Assembly: GCA_963667175.2 (NCBI GenBank)
Contig: CAXXXF010000016.1
Coordinates: 160,001 to 224,000, forward strand
From: Candidatus Latescibacterota bacterium
GTDB taxonomy: Bacteria > Latescibacterota > UBA2968 > GCA-2709665
Direction of reading: 5' to 3'
DNA length: 64,000 nucleotides
A program made the translations under genes and the position numbers. The first letter of the stretch is position 1. Each line of letters begins with the position of its first letter. The notes below the pieces were generated by a model. It worked only from the letters and a program-made list of their open reading frames with translations. It was not told the DNA's origin and ran no database searches. Below, in pieces: positions 29,698-39,967 of the stretch.

Positions 29698-32001
29698 TCA
29701 CCCCTTCCCGCTGCCCCCGCCATTGTTGTTGCAGATTGTCTCCAGGACGCGCCCCGGGGACATGGGCAGGTCGCGCAAACGCACGCCGATGGCATCGTAG
29801 ATCGCATTCGCCACGGCCGCCGGCGGAGGAACGATGGGCACTTCACCGACACCTCGAACCCCGTACGGGTGGCCAGGATTCGGCACCTCGACGATCACCG
29901 TCTCGATCATCGGCAAATCCAGGCAGGTTGGCATCCGGTAGTCCAGCAGGCTGGCGTTGACCAGGTCGCCCTTTTCGTTGTAGAAGTATTCTTCGTTCAA
30001 CGCCCACCCGATACCCTGGGCGACGCCGCCCTGCATCTGTCCCTCCACGTAGGCGGGATGGATGGCCTTACCGGCATCCTGCACGATCGTTACCCGGAGA
30101 ATGTCGACCTTTCCCGTGTCCGGATCGACTTCCACGTCCACGACCATAACGGCGTAAGCCGGCCCCGCCGCCTTTCCGGCCACCGCCGCCCGACCGACCA
30201 CGGGACCGCCCGTGGCGCCAAGCTTACCCGCCAGTTCGGTAAACGTGATGGATTTCTCGGGGGCGGACCTGGACTTGAACACGCCGCCGTCGAAGACCAC
30301 GTCATCATCCGGGATCTCCCACAATCTGGCGGCCCTTGCGACCATCTGGCGCTTCACGTCTTCCGCGGCCTCGTAACCGGCCCACCCCGTGGCAAAGGTC
30401 ACGCGGCTCCCTCCCGTGCCGTCCGTCTGCCCGATGGCGTCGGTGTCAACCACCATCGGCTTCACCTGCTCGGCCGGAACCCCCAGTACCTCGGCAACCT
30501 GCATCGCGATGGAAGTCCTGGTGCCTCCGATATCGGGCGAACCCTCGACGAGATTAACCGTTCCATCGCCATTTACACTGACCACGACCGTTGACGTGCC
30601 ACCCCCATTGAACCAGAACCCGGATGCCACGCCGCGACCCCGATTGGGCCCGTTGAGCGTGGACTGATAGTGATCCGACGCCATCGCCGCCCTTACGCAT
30701 TCGTCGTGGCCGATCCGGGGAAAGACCGGTCCGTCGGCACGCCGGCTGCCCTCTTTGGCGGAGTTATTCAGGCGAAACTCGAGCGGGTCGGTACCGAGAG
30801 TCTCGCAGATCTCGTCGATGACGGTTTCGGCGGCGAATGCGCCATTGGTGGCGCCCGGCGCGCGGTACGCCGAAGTCTGTGGTTTGTTCACGACAACGTC
30901 GTACCCGTCGATGACCACGTTGGGGATGTCGTACGGAGAAAAGATACATCCGGCCCCGGCGCCCACGGGCGATCCGGGATAGGCCCCGGCTTCATACGCC
31001 AGATACGCCTGCGCGGCGACCAGTCTGCCGTCTCTTGTGGCGCCCATCTTCACCGTCATATAAGAACCGGGCGTTGGACCCGTCGCTTTCAGAACTTCCG
31101 TACGGCTCATCACCATCTTTACAGGCTTGCCCGTCATCCGGGACATGAACGCTGCCGTCGGTTCCTGGTAGACGCGGAACTTGCCTCCGAATCCGCCGCC
31201 GATCTCCGCCGGAACCACCCGGACGCTGGACGTGGGCACGCCCAGGACGTCGGCGACCTGGTCGCGAACTTCGAAGGGCCCCTGGGTACTGGTCCAAACG
31301 GTAATCTGATCGTCGAGATTCCAATAGGCCGTCACGTTGTGGGGCTCGATGTAGCCCTGATGCACCGTCTGCGTACTGAATTCCCGCTCAACCACGATAT
31401 CGGCCTCGGCAAAACCCCGGTCAACGTCGCCCAGCGTATGCTGGAAATGATTGGCGATATTTCCGGTTTTGTCCGTCGCCTGGCCCAGCGATTTCACCTT
31501 CATGGTCTCGTGCAGCAGGGGCGCGCCGTCTTCCATCGCGGGGCGGACGTCGAGCACGGGCTCCAGGACTTCGTATTCGACGCGTATGAGATCCAGCGCT
31601 TCTTCGGCGATATGGGCCGACGTTGCCGCGACCGCCGCAACCGCATGGCCCTCATAGAGCACTTTGTCGGACGCCAGGACGTTGGTGACCAGGTGGGGCA
31701 GACTAACCGAACCTTCTCCAATGTTCGCCACCTTGTCTTCGTAGTGCATCGCGAGGTCGGCGCCCGTCATGACGGCTTTCACGCCCGGCAGCGCTCTGGC
31801 CGCTCCCGTGTCGATAGACAGGATACGGGCGTGCGCGTGGGGGCTGCGGAGGGTCTTTCCGACCAATACGCCAGACGTGTGGGTATCCGCGCCGTACTTC
31901 GCGCGGCCGGTCACCTTGTCCGTGCCATCGTGGCGAATCGGTCGGGTTCCAACCACGTTGTAGCGGTCGATGCCGAGATAGTCTTCCGTTCTTGTGCCCA
32001 T
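29698..32001 (-). CDS. Xanthine dehydrogenase-family molybdopterin-binding subunit (paralog 2)
   Basis: KVTGRAKY, HQGYIEP, IGGGFGGK, AYRAPG, EGQMQGG and GVGE motifs. Confidence 0.93.
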   Translation of the reverse strand: MGTRTEDYLGIDRYNVVGTRPIRHDGTDKVTGRAKYGADTHTSGVLVGKTLRSPHAHARILSIDTGAARALPGVKAVMTGADLAMHYEDKVANIGEGSVSLPHLVTNVLASDKVLYEGHAVAAVAATSAHIAEEALDLIRVEYEVLEPVLDVRPAMEDGAPLLHETMKVKSLGQATDKTGNIANHFQHTLGDVDRGFAEADIVVEREFSTQTVHQGYIEPHNVTAYWNLDDQITVWTSTQGPFEVRDQVADVLGVPTSSVRVVPAEIGGGFGGKFRVYQEPTAAFMSRMTGKPVKMVMSRTEVLKATGPTPGSYMTVKMGATRDGRLVAAQAYLAYEAGAYPGSPVGAGAGCIFSPYDIPNVVIDGYDVVVNKPQTSAYRAPGATNGAFAAETVIDEICETLGTDPLEFRLNNSAKEGSRRADGPVFPRIGHDECVRAAMASDHYQSTLNGPNRGRGVASGFWFNGGGTSTVVVSVNGDGTVNLVEGSPDIGGTRTSIAMQVAEVLGVPAEQVKPMVVDTDAIGQTDGTGGSRVTFATGWAGYEAAEDVKRQMVARAARLWEIPDDDVVFDGGVFKSRSAPEKSITFTELAGKLGATGGPVVGRAAVAGKAAGPAYAVMVVDVEVDPDTGKVDILRVTIVQDAGKAIHPAYVEGQMQGGVAQGIGWALNEEYFYNEKGDLVNASLLDYRMPTCLDLPMIETVIVEVPNPGHPYGVRGVGEVPIVPPPAAVANAIYDAIGVRLRDLPMSPGRVLETICNNNGGGSGKG

Positions 32002-32092
32002 ATTGATCTGATCTCCGGAATTTGACGCGCGGCGGCCCCGCCAGGGGGCACGGTCTCCCCTATCAGCCCGTTGATAAAGTCCATCCGGACTG

Positions 32093-34372
32093 CTACGATC
32101 CGTTTTTATTCCATAGCGCCTTCAGGACGTTGCCGGGCGACATTGGCAAGACGTTCATCCGGACCCCCGCGGCACGGTAGATGGCGTTGGCGAGAGCCGC
32201 CGGCGGCGGTACGATAGGCGCTTCTCCCACGCCGCGAACACCGTAGGGATGCCCCGGATTGGGAACTTCAACGATGATGGTTTCAATCATGGGGAGGTCG
32301 AGGCACGTAGGCATCCGATAGTCAAGAAGGCTGGCATTCGTCAACTCGCCGTCGTCATTGTACCAGTACTCTTCGTTCAGGCCCCATCCGATGCCCTGGG
32401 CCGCGCCGCCCTGCATCTGACCTTCAACGTACGCGGGATGTATGGCCTTGCCCGCATCCTGCACCATGGTGACCCTCAGAACATCCACCTTGCCCGTATC
32501 CGGGTCGGTCTCGACGTCGGCGATCATCAGGGAAAACGCGCCGCCCACCCCCTGCGGATCGACGGTCGCACGCCCGACGACGGGCCCGCCGGTCTCATTA
32601 AGTTTACCTGCCAATTCTTTGAATGTCAGTGACTTCGAAGGATCGGACCTGGATTTGAACGTGCCGTCGTCGAAGGCCACGTCGTCCGGGGAGATCTCCC
32701 AGTATTTCGCGGCGCGCTCGACCATCTGCGCGATGATGTCCTGCGCCGCGTTATAGGCCGCCCATCCCGTCGAGAACGTAACCCGGCTGCCGCCGGTGAC
32801 GTCCGTTTCTCCCACACCGTCGGTGTCGGCCACTACCGGGTTGACGTCTTCCGCCGGAATACCCAGCGGCTCGGCGAGCTGCATGGCTACAGACGTTCGC
32901 GTGCCCCCGATATCGGTGGATCCCTCGACCAGGCTGACGGTGCCGTCGACGTTTACGGATGCGCAGGCGCTGGACTTGAGCCCCACGTTGAACCAGAAAC
33001 CCGACGCCACTCCCCTGCCCCGGTTCCTGCCCTGCAGCGGCGCCCTGTAGTGGTCGCTTGCCATCGCCGCCTTCAAGACTTCCTCATGGCCGACGCGGGG
33101 AAAGGTTGGCCCGTCCGCGCGTCGCGTGCCTTCCTTTGCCGCGTTCTTCATGCGGAACTCGAGTGGATCCTCGCCCAGCCTTTCGCAGATTTCGTCGACA
33201 ATGGTCTCGGATGCAAAGGCCGCATTGGTGGCGCCAGGCGCCCTGTACGCCATGGTCTGCGGCTTGTTCACGACCACGTTGTACCCGTCTATGGCCACGT
33301 TTTCAATATCGTACGGGGCAAAGATGCACATGGCGCCGGGTTCCGCCCACGCTCCGGCAAATCCACCTGACTCGTAGGCCATGTAGGCTTCGGCAGCCAC
33401 CAGTTTACCCTTGTTTGTGGCGCCCATCTTCACCCGAATGTAGGACCCGGGAGTGGGGCCGGTGGCTTTCAGCACTTCGTCCCGGTCCATGACCATCTTC
33501 ACCGGATGCCCGGACTTTCTGGACAGAATGGCGGCAACGGGCTCCAGGTAAACCCTGATCTTTCCGCCGAATCCCCCGCCGATTTCCGTGGGGATAACCC
33601 GGATATTCACAGGCGAAATTTGCAGCAGGCCCGCCAGCTGCTCGCGTACCGTAAACGAACCCTGGGTGCTGCACCAGACGGTCAGGCGCCCGTCCGGATT
33701 CCAGAGCGCCGTGGCATTCTGCGGCTCGATATAACCCTGGTGCACCGTGTCGGTAAAGAATTCCTTTTCGATGACCACGTCGGCCTTCGCGAAACCCGAT
33801 TCGGTGTCGCCCAGCTTATGCTGAAAGTGGGTGGCGACGTTGCTCGCCGTACCGGTATCTTCGCCCAGCGATTCCGTGGTTAACGTATCATGCAGGAGCG
33901 GCGAACCCGGCTTCATCGCCTCCCGCACGTCCAGCAGCGGATCGAGGACCTCGTATTTCACGTCGATCAGGCAAAGCGCCGTTTCCGCAATATGCGCGCT
34001 CGTCGCGGCCACCGCGGCCACCGCGTGTCCGTCGTAGACCACCTTTCCGTCGGCGAGCACGTTCGCGCGGAGGTCCACCATATTGGCCGCGCCTTCGCCC
34101 AGATCCTCAATTTTCTTTTCCGGTACGGGAATGTCGTTTACGGTGGTTACGGCCTTTACGCCATGCAGAGATTCGGCCTTGCGTGTATCGATGGACACGA
34201 TGCGCGCGTGCGCGTACGGACTTCGCAGTACTTTCCCGTAAATCAGACCGGACATCTGCACGTCGGCTCCATATATCGCCCGCCCGGTGACCTTGTCGAC
34301 GCCATCGTGCCTGATCGGCCGCGTGCCCAGCACTTTATAGTCTTTGATTCCGAGAAAATCCTCGCCTGGCAT
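32093..34372 (-). CDS. Xanthine dehydrogenase-family molybdopterin-binding subunit (paralog 1)
   Basis: Same motif set as paralog 2. Confidence 0.93.
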   Translation of the reverse strand: MPGEDFLGIKDYKVLGTRPIRHDGVDKVTGRAIYGADVQMSGLIYGKVLRSPYAHARIVSIDTRKAESLHGVKAVTTVNDIPVPEKKIEDLGEGAANMVDLRANVLADGKVVYDGHAVAAVAATSAHIAETALCLIDVKYEVLDPLLDVREAMKPGSPLLHDTLTTESLGEDTGTASNVATHFQHKLGDTESGFAKADVVIEKEFFTDTVHQGYIEPQNATALWNPDGRLTVWCSTQGSFTVREQLAGLLQISPVNIRVIPTEIGGGFGGKIRVYLEPVAAILSRKSGHPVKMVMDRDEVLKATGPTPGSYIRVKMGATNKGKLVAAEAYMAYESGGFAGAWAEPGAMCIFAPYDIENVAIDGYNVVVNKPQTMAYRAPGATNAAFASETIVDEICERLGEDPLEFRMKNAAKEGTRRADGPTFPRVGHEEVLKAAMASDHYRAPLQGRNRGRGVASGFWFNVGLKSSACASVNVDGTVSLVEGSTDIGGTRTSVAMQLAEPLGIPAEDVNPVVADTDGVGETDVTGGSRVTFSTGWAAYNAAQDIIAQMVERAAKYWEISPDDVAFDDGTFKSRSDPSKSLTFKELAGKLNETGGPVVGRATVDPQGVGGAFSLMIADVETDPDTGKVDVLRVTMVQDAGKAIHPAYVEGQMQGGAAQGIGWGLNEEYWYNDDGELTNASLLDYRMPTCLDLPMIETIIVEVPNPGHPYGVRGVGEAPIVPPPAALANAIYRAAGVRMNVLPMSPGNVLKALWNKNGS

Positions 34373-34854
34373 CAGACCGTCTCCTTCATCGTTCGCGCGG
34401 TGTCCATCACCGCCCTTACGATCTTATCGTATCCCGTGCAACGGCATAGATTCCCCGCCAGCCAGAGGCGAATCCGATGTTCGTCGGGTTCCGGCTCGCG
34501 ATCGAGCAACGCCTTTGCCGCCACGATGAACCCGGGCGTGCAGACGCCGCACTGAAGCGCCGCGTGCTCCAGAAATTTCTGCTGCAGCGGATGCAGACCG
34601 GCGGACGTGGCAACCCCTTCTATGGTTGTGATTTCGCACCCCTCGGCCTCGACGCCCAGCGCCAGACAGGAGTTGATCACACGGCCGTCGACAATGACGC
34701 TGCAGGCGCCGCAATTGCCGTTGCCGCATCCCTCTTTGGCGCCGGTGAGGCCCAGGTTGTCTCGCAGCACGTCCAGCAGCGTGTCTCGCGGTTCACAGAG
34801 GAATTCCGTTTCTTCTCCGTTGACGTTCGTCGTCACATGAACTTTGCCAGCCAT
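34372..34854 (-). CDS. (2Fe-2S)-binding subunit (CoxS/XdhC-like)
   Basis: GCGNGNCGAC, QCGVCTPG and GNLCRCTGY motifs. Confidence 0.95.
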   Translation of the reverse strand: MAGKVHVTTNVNGEETEFLCEPRDTLLDVLRDNLGLTGAKEGCGNGNCGACSVIVDGRVINSCLALGVEAEGCEITTIEGVATSAGLHPLQQKFLEHAALQCGVCTPGFIVAAKALLDREPEPDEHRIRLWLAGNLCRCTGYDKIVRAVMDTARTMKETV

Positions 34855-34907
34855 GTTATGCGGACTCCTATATGGGCGTATTATGAGGAGAATCGAGCCA
34901 CCTGGAT

Positions 34908-35777
34908 CTATCCTGCGCGTTCCACCGCGCCGCGGACCGCGCGGCGGGTCAGTACTCCGGCCAGGTGAATCCGTTGTTCAATGGTACCGCGCATATCCGT
35001 GATGGGACGGGCGGATTGCCGGGCGATCTCGGCCGCCTTTTCGATCGTCTCGTCCGACACCTCGTTGCCGGCGAGGGCCTCACCCGCTTCGGGCAGGTAG
35101 AGAGGGACGGGCGCAACGGCGCCCACGGCGATCCGGGCTGACGCAAACGCGTTCTTTTCGGCGTTCAGAGTCACGGAAGCAGCAGCGTTGACAACGGCGA
35201 TATCCATTTCGTTCCGGGGAATGAACCGAAGAAAATACGCCCCCGAGTTGGCAGCCGGCGCGGGAAAGTGGACGGAAACCAGAAACTCGCCGTCCTGCAT
35301 CACGGTCTGCCCCGGCGCCGTGCAGAAGTCCTCCACCGCGACCTCTCGTTCACCGTCCGGTCCAGCGGTCTTCGCCGTAGCCCCGAGAACGATCAGGGTT
35401 GGAATGGTATCCGCCGCGGGCGACGCGTTACACAGGTTCCCGCCGATCGTGGCCCGGCCCTGGATCTGGATGGATCCGATGAGTTCCGTGGAATCCGCGA
35501 GCGCCGGGTAATTCGACGCCACATGTTCGTTTTCGTAGACGTCGCAACACGACACCCCGGCGCCGATCGTCAATCCCTCTTCGGGATCGAACGACAGTTC
35601 GTTTGCCTCGGGTATTTTCTTGACGTCCACCAGCACTTTCACCCGACGTCGACCCTCTTTCAACTGTGCGATGATGTCCGAACCGCCGGCCAGCATCCTG
35701 GCCTCCGAGCCGTTTTCGGAGAGCACGGCAACGGCCTCGGCAACGGTCTGAGGCGCTACGTAATCGAACGCATGCAA
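34908..35777 (-). CDS. FAD-binding subunit (CoxM-like)
   Basis: LAGGSD, ATIGGNLCNASPAAD and PITDMRG motifs; TTG start with AGGAGG RBS. Confidence 0.93.
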   Translation of the reverse strand: MHAFDYVAPQTVAEAVAVLSENGSEARMLAGGSDIIAQLKEGRRRVKVLVDVKKIPEANELSFDPEEGLTIGAGVSCCDVYENEHVASNYPALADSTELIGSIQIQGRATIGGNLCNASPAADTIPTLIVLGATAKTAGPDGEREVAVEDFCTAPGQTVMQDGEFLVSVHFPAPAANSGAYFLRFIPRNEMDIAVVNAAASVTLNAEKNAFASARIAVGAVAPVPLYLPEAGEALAGNEVSDETIEKAAEIARQSARPITDMRGTIEQRIHLAGVLTRRAVRGAVERAG

Positions 35778-35854
35778 GGTTTGCTCCTCCTGTACCGTGT
35801 TGGGGGATCTCCCGGCGCCGGCATTTCACTTTCGATGGGCCGGGAATGCGCGTA

Positions 35855-35883
35855 AGAATAAGATTCAGGGGTCGCAATGTCAA
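35855..35883 (-). promoter_or_regulatory. sigma70-type promoter of the Mo-hydroxylase operon
   Basis: TTGACA-N17-TATTCT on the minus strand. Confidence 0.6.
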
Positions 35884-35945
35884 GGATTTTCGGGGCGGCT
35901 TGAGCGGCAAAGCCGCGCTGAGAGTCCTCCCCGCGAACCCGGTGA

Positions 35946-37059
35946 TCATCGGCGTGAGTTAACCTGTTCGGAGGCGGGACGAGCTTCCTGGAGGTCCGCG
36001 TCCGGCCCTTGCGCGCGCAGTACGGCGTACCCGTTTCGGAACGCCAGCGTCTCTACGGTCCGAAACGACCGTTTCATCTGTTTCAGGTACATCCCCGGAC
36101 GCGTGGCGACAACCATGAATCGACCGTCCGGTACCAGGTGCCGGGCGGCGCCCTCCGCAAACAGCCTGGCCGTGGCGACACCCTGGTGGGTCGGCGCATT
36201 GCACAGGATAAGGTCGAAGGACGCTCCCGACGCGGCATCGAAACCGTCGCTCAGGGCGACCCCGTGCATTCGCCAGCCCGTTGCGGGCGACGTTCCGTCT
36301 CGCGCACTGAACCGCCAGCAGGTCCGAATCCAGCAGCAGAACCTCGCGCGCCCGTCTCGCGGCCGCGATGCCGATCGCACCGAATCCGCATCCAAGGTCG
36401 AGCACGCGGTCCTGCGCCGTGACGTCGAACGTGTCGATCAGAAACCTCGTGCCGGGATCCAGGCCGTCGCTGGAAAACACGCCTGCGCAGGTTTCAAACA
36501 CGCTCCGTGCGCCGCGGAGCTCGTTTTCGACGAACGAACGCGACGTGTTGACCGGATCCGCGCCGGCCGTGGCGTTTTTCTTCTTGAAACGGTAGATACG
36601 AAGGCCCGATTTCGCGGACAGCTTTTCAGCGCCTCCGAAGACCGCCTCCAGCCGCTTCCGATAGCTCTCCACGCCGGCGTCGCGACGCCCCGCCAGCAGG
36701 AGCCGGCCGTGAATCGCCATTCTCTGAAACGCGGCGTCGATGAGCTGAAATGCTCGCGCCTTGGCCTCCCACCGGGCGGGAGTATATAGAGCCACGTCGA
36801 AACCCGGACCGGGCACGCCCGCGGGCGACGCCTCCAGCCAGGCGCAAGCATTGGACAGCGCCCTGTTGCGGATTGCGTTCTCACATCGTCTGACGGCTTG
36901 GAGATCGGAGCTCACGAAGTGAATCCCGGCCGCGTTCACGTCCAGCGCCACGGGATATCCGGCCACCCCCAGGTCCAGAACACGTTCGTGGGCTTCGACG
37001 GCCGCTGCCGCCAGCAATGCGGAGGCTGCCCGATCCTGTTTGGCTGAACGCCCGATCAC
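35946..37059 (-). pseudogene. RsmC-like two-domain methyltransferase with a +1 frameshift at 36260-36263 (real or sequencing error)
   Basis: GVFSSDGLDPGTRFL and VLDLGCGFG in one frame; VALSDGF..FDLILCNAPTH in the other; deleting one base of a G4 run joins them. Confidence 0.75.
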
Positions 37060-37084
37060 TCGTGCCTCAAGCTTCTCCCGGCGC

Positions 37085-37303
37085 TATGTACGTATTCTGG
37101 AGGTCGCTCGGGAAGTCGCCGCCCGATGGGGAGAGATTTCGGCGGCAGCGGAAAAAGCCGGTCGAATATTGCCGGCTCCAGACGGTCTGCTCGCGGCCAC
37201 CGACCGGACTTCCCTTCTGACGTTCGCGACGCGAAACACGGACGACGTTCGGATAACCGGGGTACCGGTATTCGACCCCTGGGAGGCGCAGTCTCTTCGT
37301 TAA
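37085..37303 (+). pseudogene. C-terminal fragment of a PIN/FitB-type toxin
   Basis: RILEV..EVAARWG..PAPDGLLAAT..TRNTDD..GVPVFDPW; N-terminal DTN motif absent. Confidence 0.65.
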
Positions 37304-37321
37304 TGCCCTCAAACCGACCGT

Positions 37322-38140
37322 TTATCCGCTACGCTTCAGGCGGCCCGTCCGCTTGGCGTAGACCTCGGCAATGTGAAAGATCCACAATCCCAGTGGGACC
37401 ATAATTACGCCCGAAACCGTCAGTATCATGAGGTCGCCCTGCACGTCGGCGATGGTCGCGTTGTCGAGCAGGGCGGTCCGGATGGATCGGAGGGCATAGG
37501 TCCCGGGCGAGAAGGTCGATAGGGGCCGAAGCCAGTCGGGGAGTACCGACACTTCGTAGTAAACGCCTGAAATCAGCAGCACCAGCGTGCCGAAAATGTC
37601 GGTCGCCCGTGCGCCTTTCTCCGGCGATAGAAGCGGGAACACGGCCGCCATCAGCCCCATTCCCAGGAATGAAAGACTGGCCGTGGCCAGGACCGCTGTC
37701 GCCGTCGTCAGATTCGCGTCGGAAAGGCTCAGATCGAAAAACAACACCGCAGATACGAGGACCACGCCGGACCTTAGAAAACCGTAAATGATCGCATACA
37801 CGCATTGACCGGCAAGGTGCGTCAGCCGGTAGACAGGCGACATGAACGTGTATTCGATCGTCCCTTCCCATCGCTCCCAGGCGACGGCGTCCGCCACTTC
37901 GAAGAAAAGCAGGCGAAGAAAATTCCAGAGCACGGCGCCCACGATCAGAAAGAGCACCGCCTCTCTCACTTTTGCCGGGTCGTCTCCGCCCATGTAAACG
38001 CCGATCAACCCGATGGTCAGCGCATGAACCACGTTCCAGACGACAAAAATCAGCTCCCAGCTTGCATACCGCCTGGCCAGGTTGAAATTTCGCTCGATAA
38101 ACGCTACCGACGCCTTGATCTCGGCGGTCACCGAGTTCAT
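37322..38140 (-). CDS. ABC-2 type transporter permease
   Basis: WERWEGTIE and SGVYY.VSVLP.WL motifs; about 6 TM segments. Confidence 0.92.
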   Translation of the reverse strand: MNSVTAEIKASVAFIERNFNLARRYASWELIFVVWNVVHALTIGLIGVYMGGDDPAKVREAVLFLIVGAVLWNFLRLLFFEVADAVAWERWEGTIEYTFMSPVYRLTHLAGQCVYAIIYGFLRSGVVLVSAVLFFDLSLSDANLTTATAVLATASLSFLGMGLMAAVFPLLSPEKGARATDIFGTLVLLISGVYYEVSVLPDWLRPLSTFSPGTYALRSIRTALLDNATIADVQGDLMILTVSGVIMVPLGLWIFHIAEVYAKRTGRLKRSG

Positions 38141-39033
38141 GATGCATCTCCCTCCGTTTCGTCTTCCAGGTCAGCATGGGCAAGATCCATTCCCGTCATC
38201 TTGAAAAACACGTCCTCCAGACTCCCCCCCACGCATCCGGCGCGGGCTTTCAGTTCGTCGACCGTGCCCATGGCGATGAATTTTCCATGGTGGATGATCG
38301 AGACCCGGTTGCACACCCGTTCCGCTTCGTCCATGTCGTGCGTCGTCAACAGAACCGTCGCTTCATGGCGCTCTCGAATCCCCATTACGTAATCCTGCAC
38401 CTGGCGTTTGGAGACCGGATCCAATCCCGTCGTCGGCTCGTCCATCAGCAGCAAAACGGGTGACGTAAAAAGCGCCCGGGCCACTGCGACCTTCTGCTGC
38501 ATGCCGCGGGACAGGTCCTCCACCGGCTGGTCCACCCTGTCTTCACCAAATCCCATCTCAGCCAGAATCGCCCTGGCCCGGCGCCGCCCCTCACGCACCG
38601 GAACGCCGTACAGACGGGCCGCGTAACTCAGGTTCTCCCACGCAGACAGTTTCTTGAAGAACGCCGCGTCGACGGATACCCGATTGATACAGCGCTTTAC
38701 ACGCATCGCGTCCCGCTCCACGTGCAGCCCGAATACCTGCGCCTCGCCCCTGTCGGGAAAGACCAGAGTCGAGAGGATGCGAATCAGCGTCGACTTACCG
38801 GAGCCGTTCGGACCGAGGATACCGAAGATCTCTCCCCGCTGCACCTCAAACCCGACGCCGTCAACGGCCAGGATTTCCTTCCGGCGACGCCTGAATCTGC
38901 CCAGGAATCCGTTTCCGCCGCGGCTTTCGTTGTCGGGCACACGGAAACCCTTGGTCAAGTCCGTCGCCCTGACAGCAGGCGCGTCAAAATCGATCGCCAC
39001 TGCTGATCTCCCTTTCCTCGCAACGGCCGCCAC
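38137..39033 (-). CDS. ABC transporter ATP-binding protein
   Basis: GPNGSGKST, LSRGMQQK, DEPTTGLD and TTHDM motifs. Confidence 0.93.
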   Translation of the reverse strand: MAAVARKGRSAVAIDFDAPAVRATDLTKGFRVPDNESRGGNGFLGRFRRRRKEILAVDGVGFEVQRGEIFGILGPNGSGKSTLIRILSTLVFPDRGEAQVFGLHVERDAMRVKRCINRVSVDAAFFKKLSAWENLSYAARLYGVPVREGRRRARAILAEMGFGEDRVDQPVEDLSRGMQQKVAVARALFTSPVLLLMDEPTTGLDPVSKRQVQDYVMGIRERHEATVLLTTHDMDEAERVCNRVSIIHHGKFIAMGTVDELKARAGCVGGSLEDVFFKMTGMDLAHADLEDETEGDAS

Positions 39034-39127
39034 CGTCTCGATTCGCCAACGCCGGATAGAGCTCGGGTTTTCCGGTCCCGCGGGCGGGCATCAGGGAAGC
39101 AGCAGCCTTCTTGTAATGCAGTCAGGA

Positions 39128-39155
39128 ACAAAAACGGATGCGCCTTCGCGCATCC
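39128..39155 (-). terminator. Intrinsic terminator-like hairpin upstream of the ABC operon
   Basis: GGATGCGC-GAAG-GCGCATCC followed by GTTTTTGTT on the minus strand. Confidence 0.65.
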
Positions 39156-39269
39156 TGTTGTTTTCCGGCCTTACCTCACCCGTAACCTCGGAACCACCCC
39201 ACGCCAGCGCGCCGGAACGCTTTCATCAACAAGGCATTCCCCTCCAGGGCCGGAAACGGGTTTGCGCGT

Positions 39270-39707
39270 TCACCGCCCCTTCTGCCCATCGTAGGAGTTC
39301 CGCTCCGTGACCTCCGTTGATACGGGCAACCCCGAATCCCTCCATCCGGGAACTTCCACCCTCCCCGTTCCGGGGTTCACCTTTCCGCCGAAGCCACCGA
39401 CCACGTTTGCCACGTTCGCGTACCCGGCTTTTTCAAGCATCTCCGCCGCATACTGGGAACGCACGCCCGACTCGCACCCGCAATAGATCCTCGTCTCCCG
39501 AGCCAGCACGCCATCCGCCACGGCCTGAAAATCAGGATTGGGCATCATGCCGCCCGCCGGACTCTGAAAGGCGACCGGAATATTGATGGCGCCTTCGGGG
39601 TGCCCCAGGGCGAATTCCCCTTCGGTCCGAACGTCCAGGTACACCGCATTGGTGTCGGCGTCCAGGGCCGCCTTCGCATCGGAAGGAACAATCTGCTCAA
39701 TTGCCAT
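39270..39707 (-). CDS. Rhodanese-like domain protein
   Basis: LDVRTEGEFALGHPEGAINIP, CESGVRS and VVGGF motifs. Confidence 0.92.
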   Translation of the reverse strand: MAIEQIVPSDAKAALDADTNAVYLDVRTEGEFALGHPEGAINIPVAFQSPAGGMMPNPDFQAVADGVLARETRIYCGCESGVRSQYAAEMLEKAGYANVANVVGGFGGKVNPGTGRVEVPGWRDSGLPVSTEVTERNSYDGQKGR

Positions 39708-39967
39708 AGACGGAACTTCCCTTCTTGTCATCGCTGCGGTTAAAGGCGGTGAGACGGGAGAGGGTAGACGGTAGAAGACGTGAGTGCCACGTATCCCCGC
39801 AGCCCCTCTCCCCGCATTCAGGTTTTCACTCTACCGGCGTCTGAAGTGAGAACACCACACCGTAGCGTGACGGAATGAATGGTCTGGAGATTGGTGAGAC
39901 AACCGGGGACCGAACACGGAATTCGAGTCATCAAATATACGTCGTAACCTTCCGCATCGCAAGTCCC

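Noticed and set aside
29698-34372. Aerobic CO dehydrogenase (coxL)
   Set aside because: The active-site loop is AYRAPGA, not AYxCSFR or AYxGAGR.
39748-39785. Short purine-rich heptamer-like repeats (GACGGGA/GAGGGTA/GACGGTA)
   Set aside because: Too short and degenerate to support a call.
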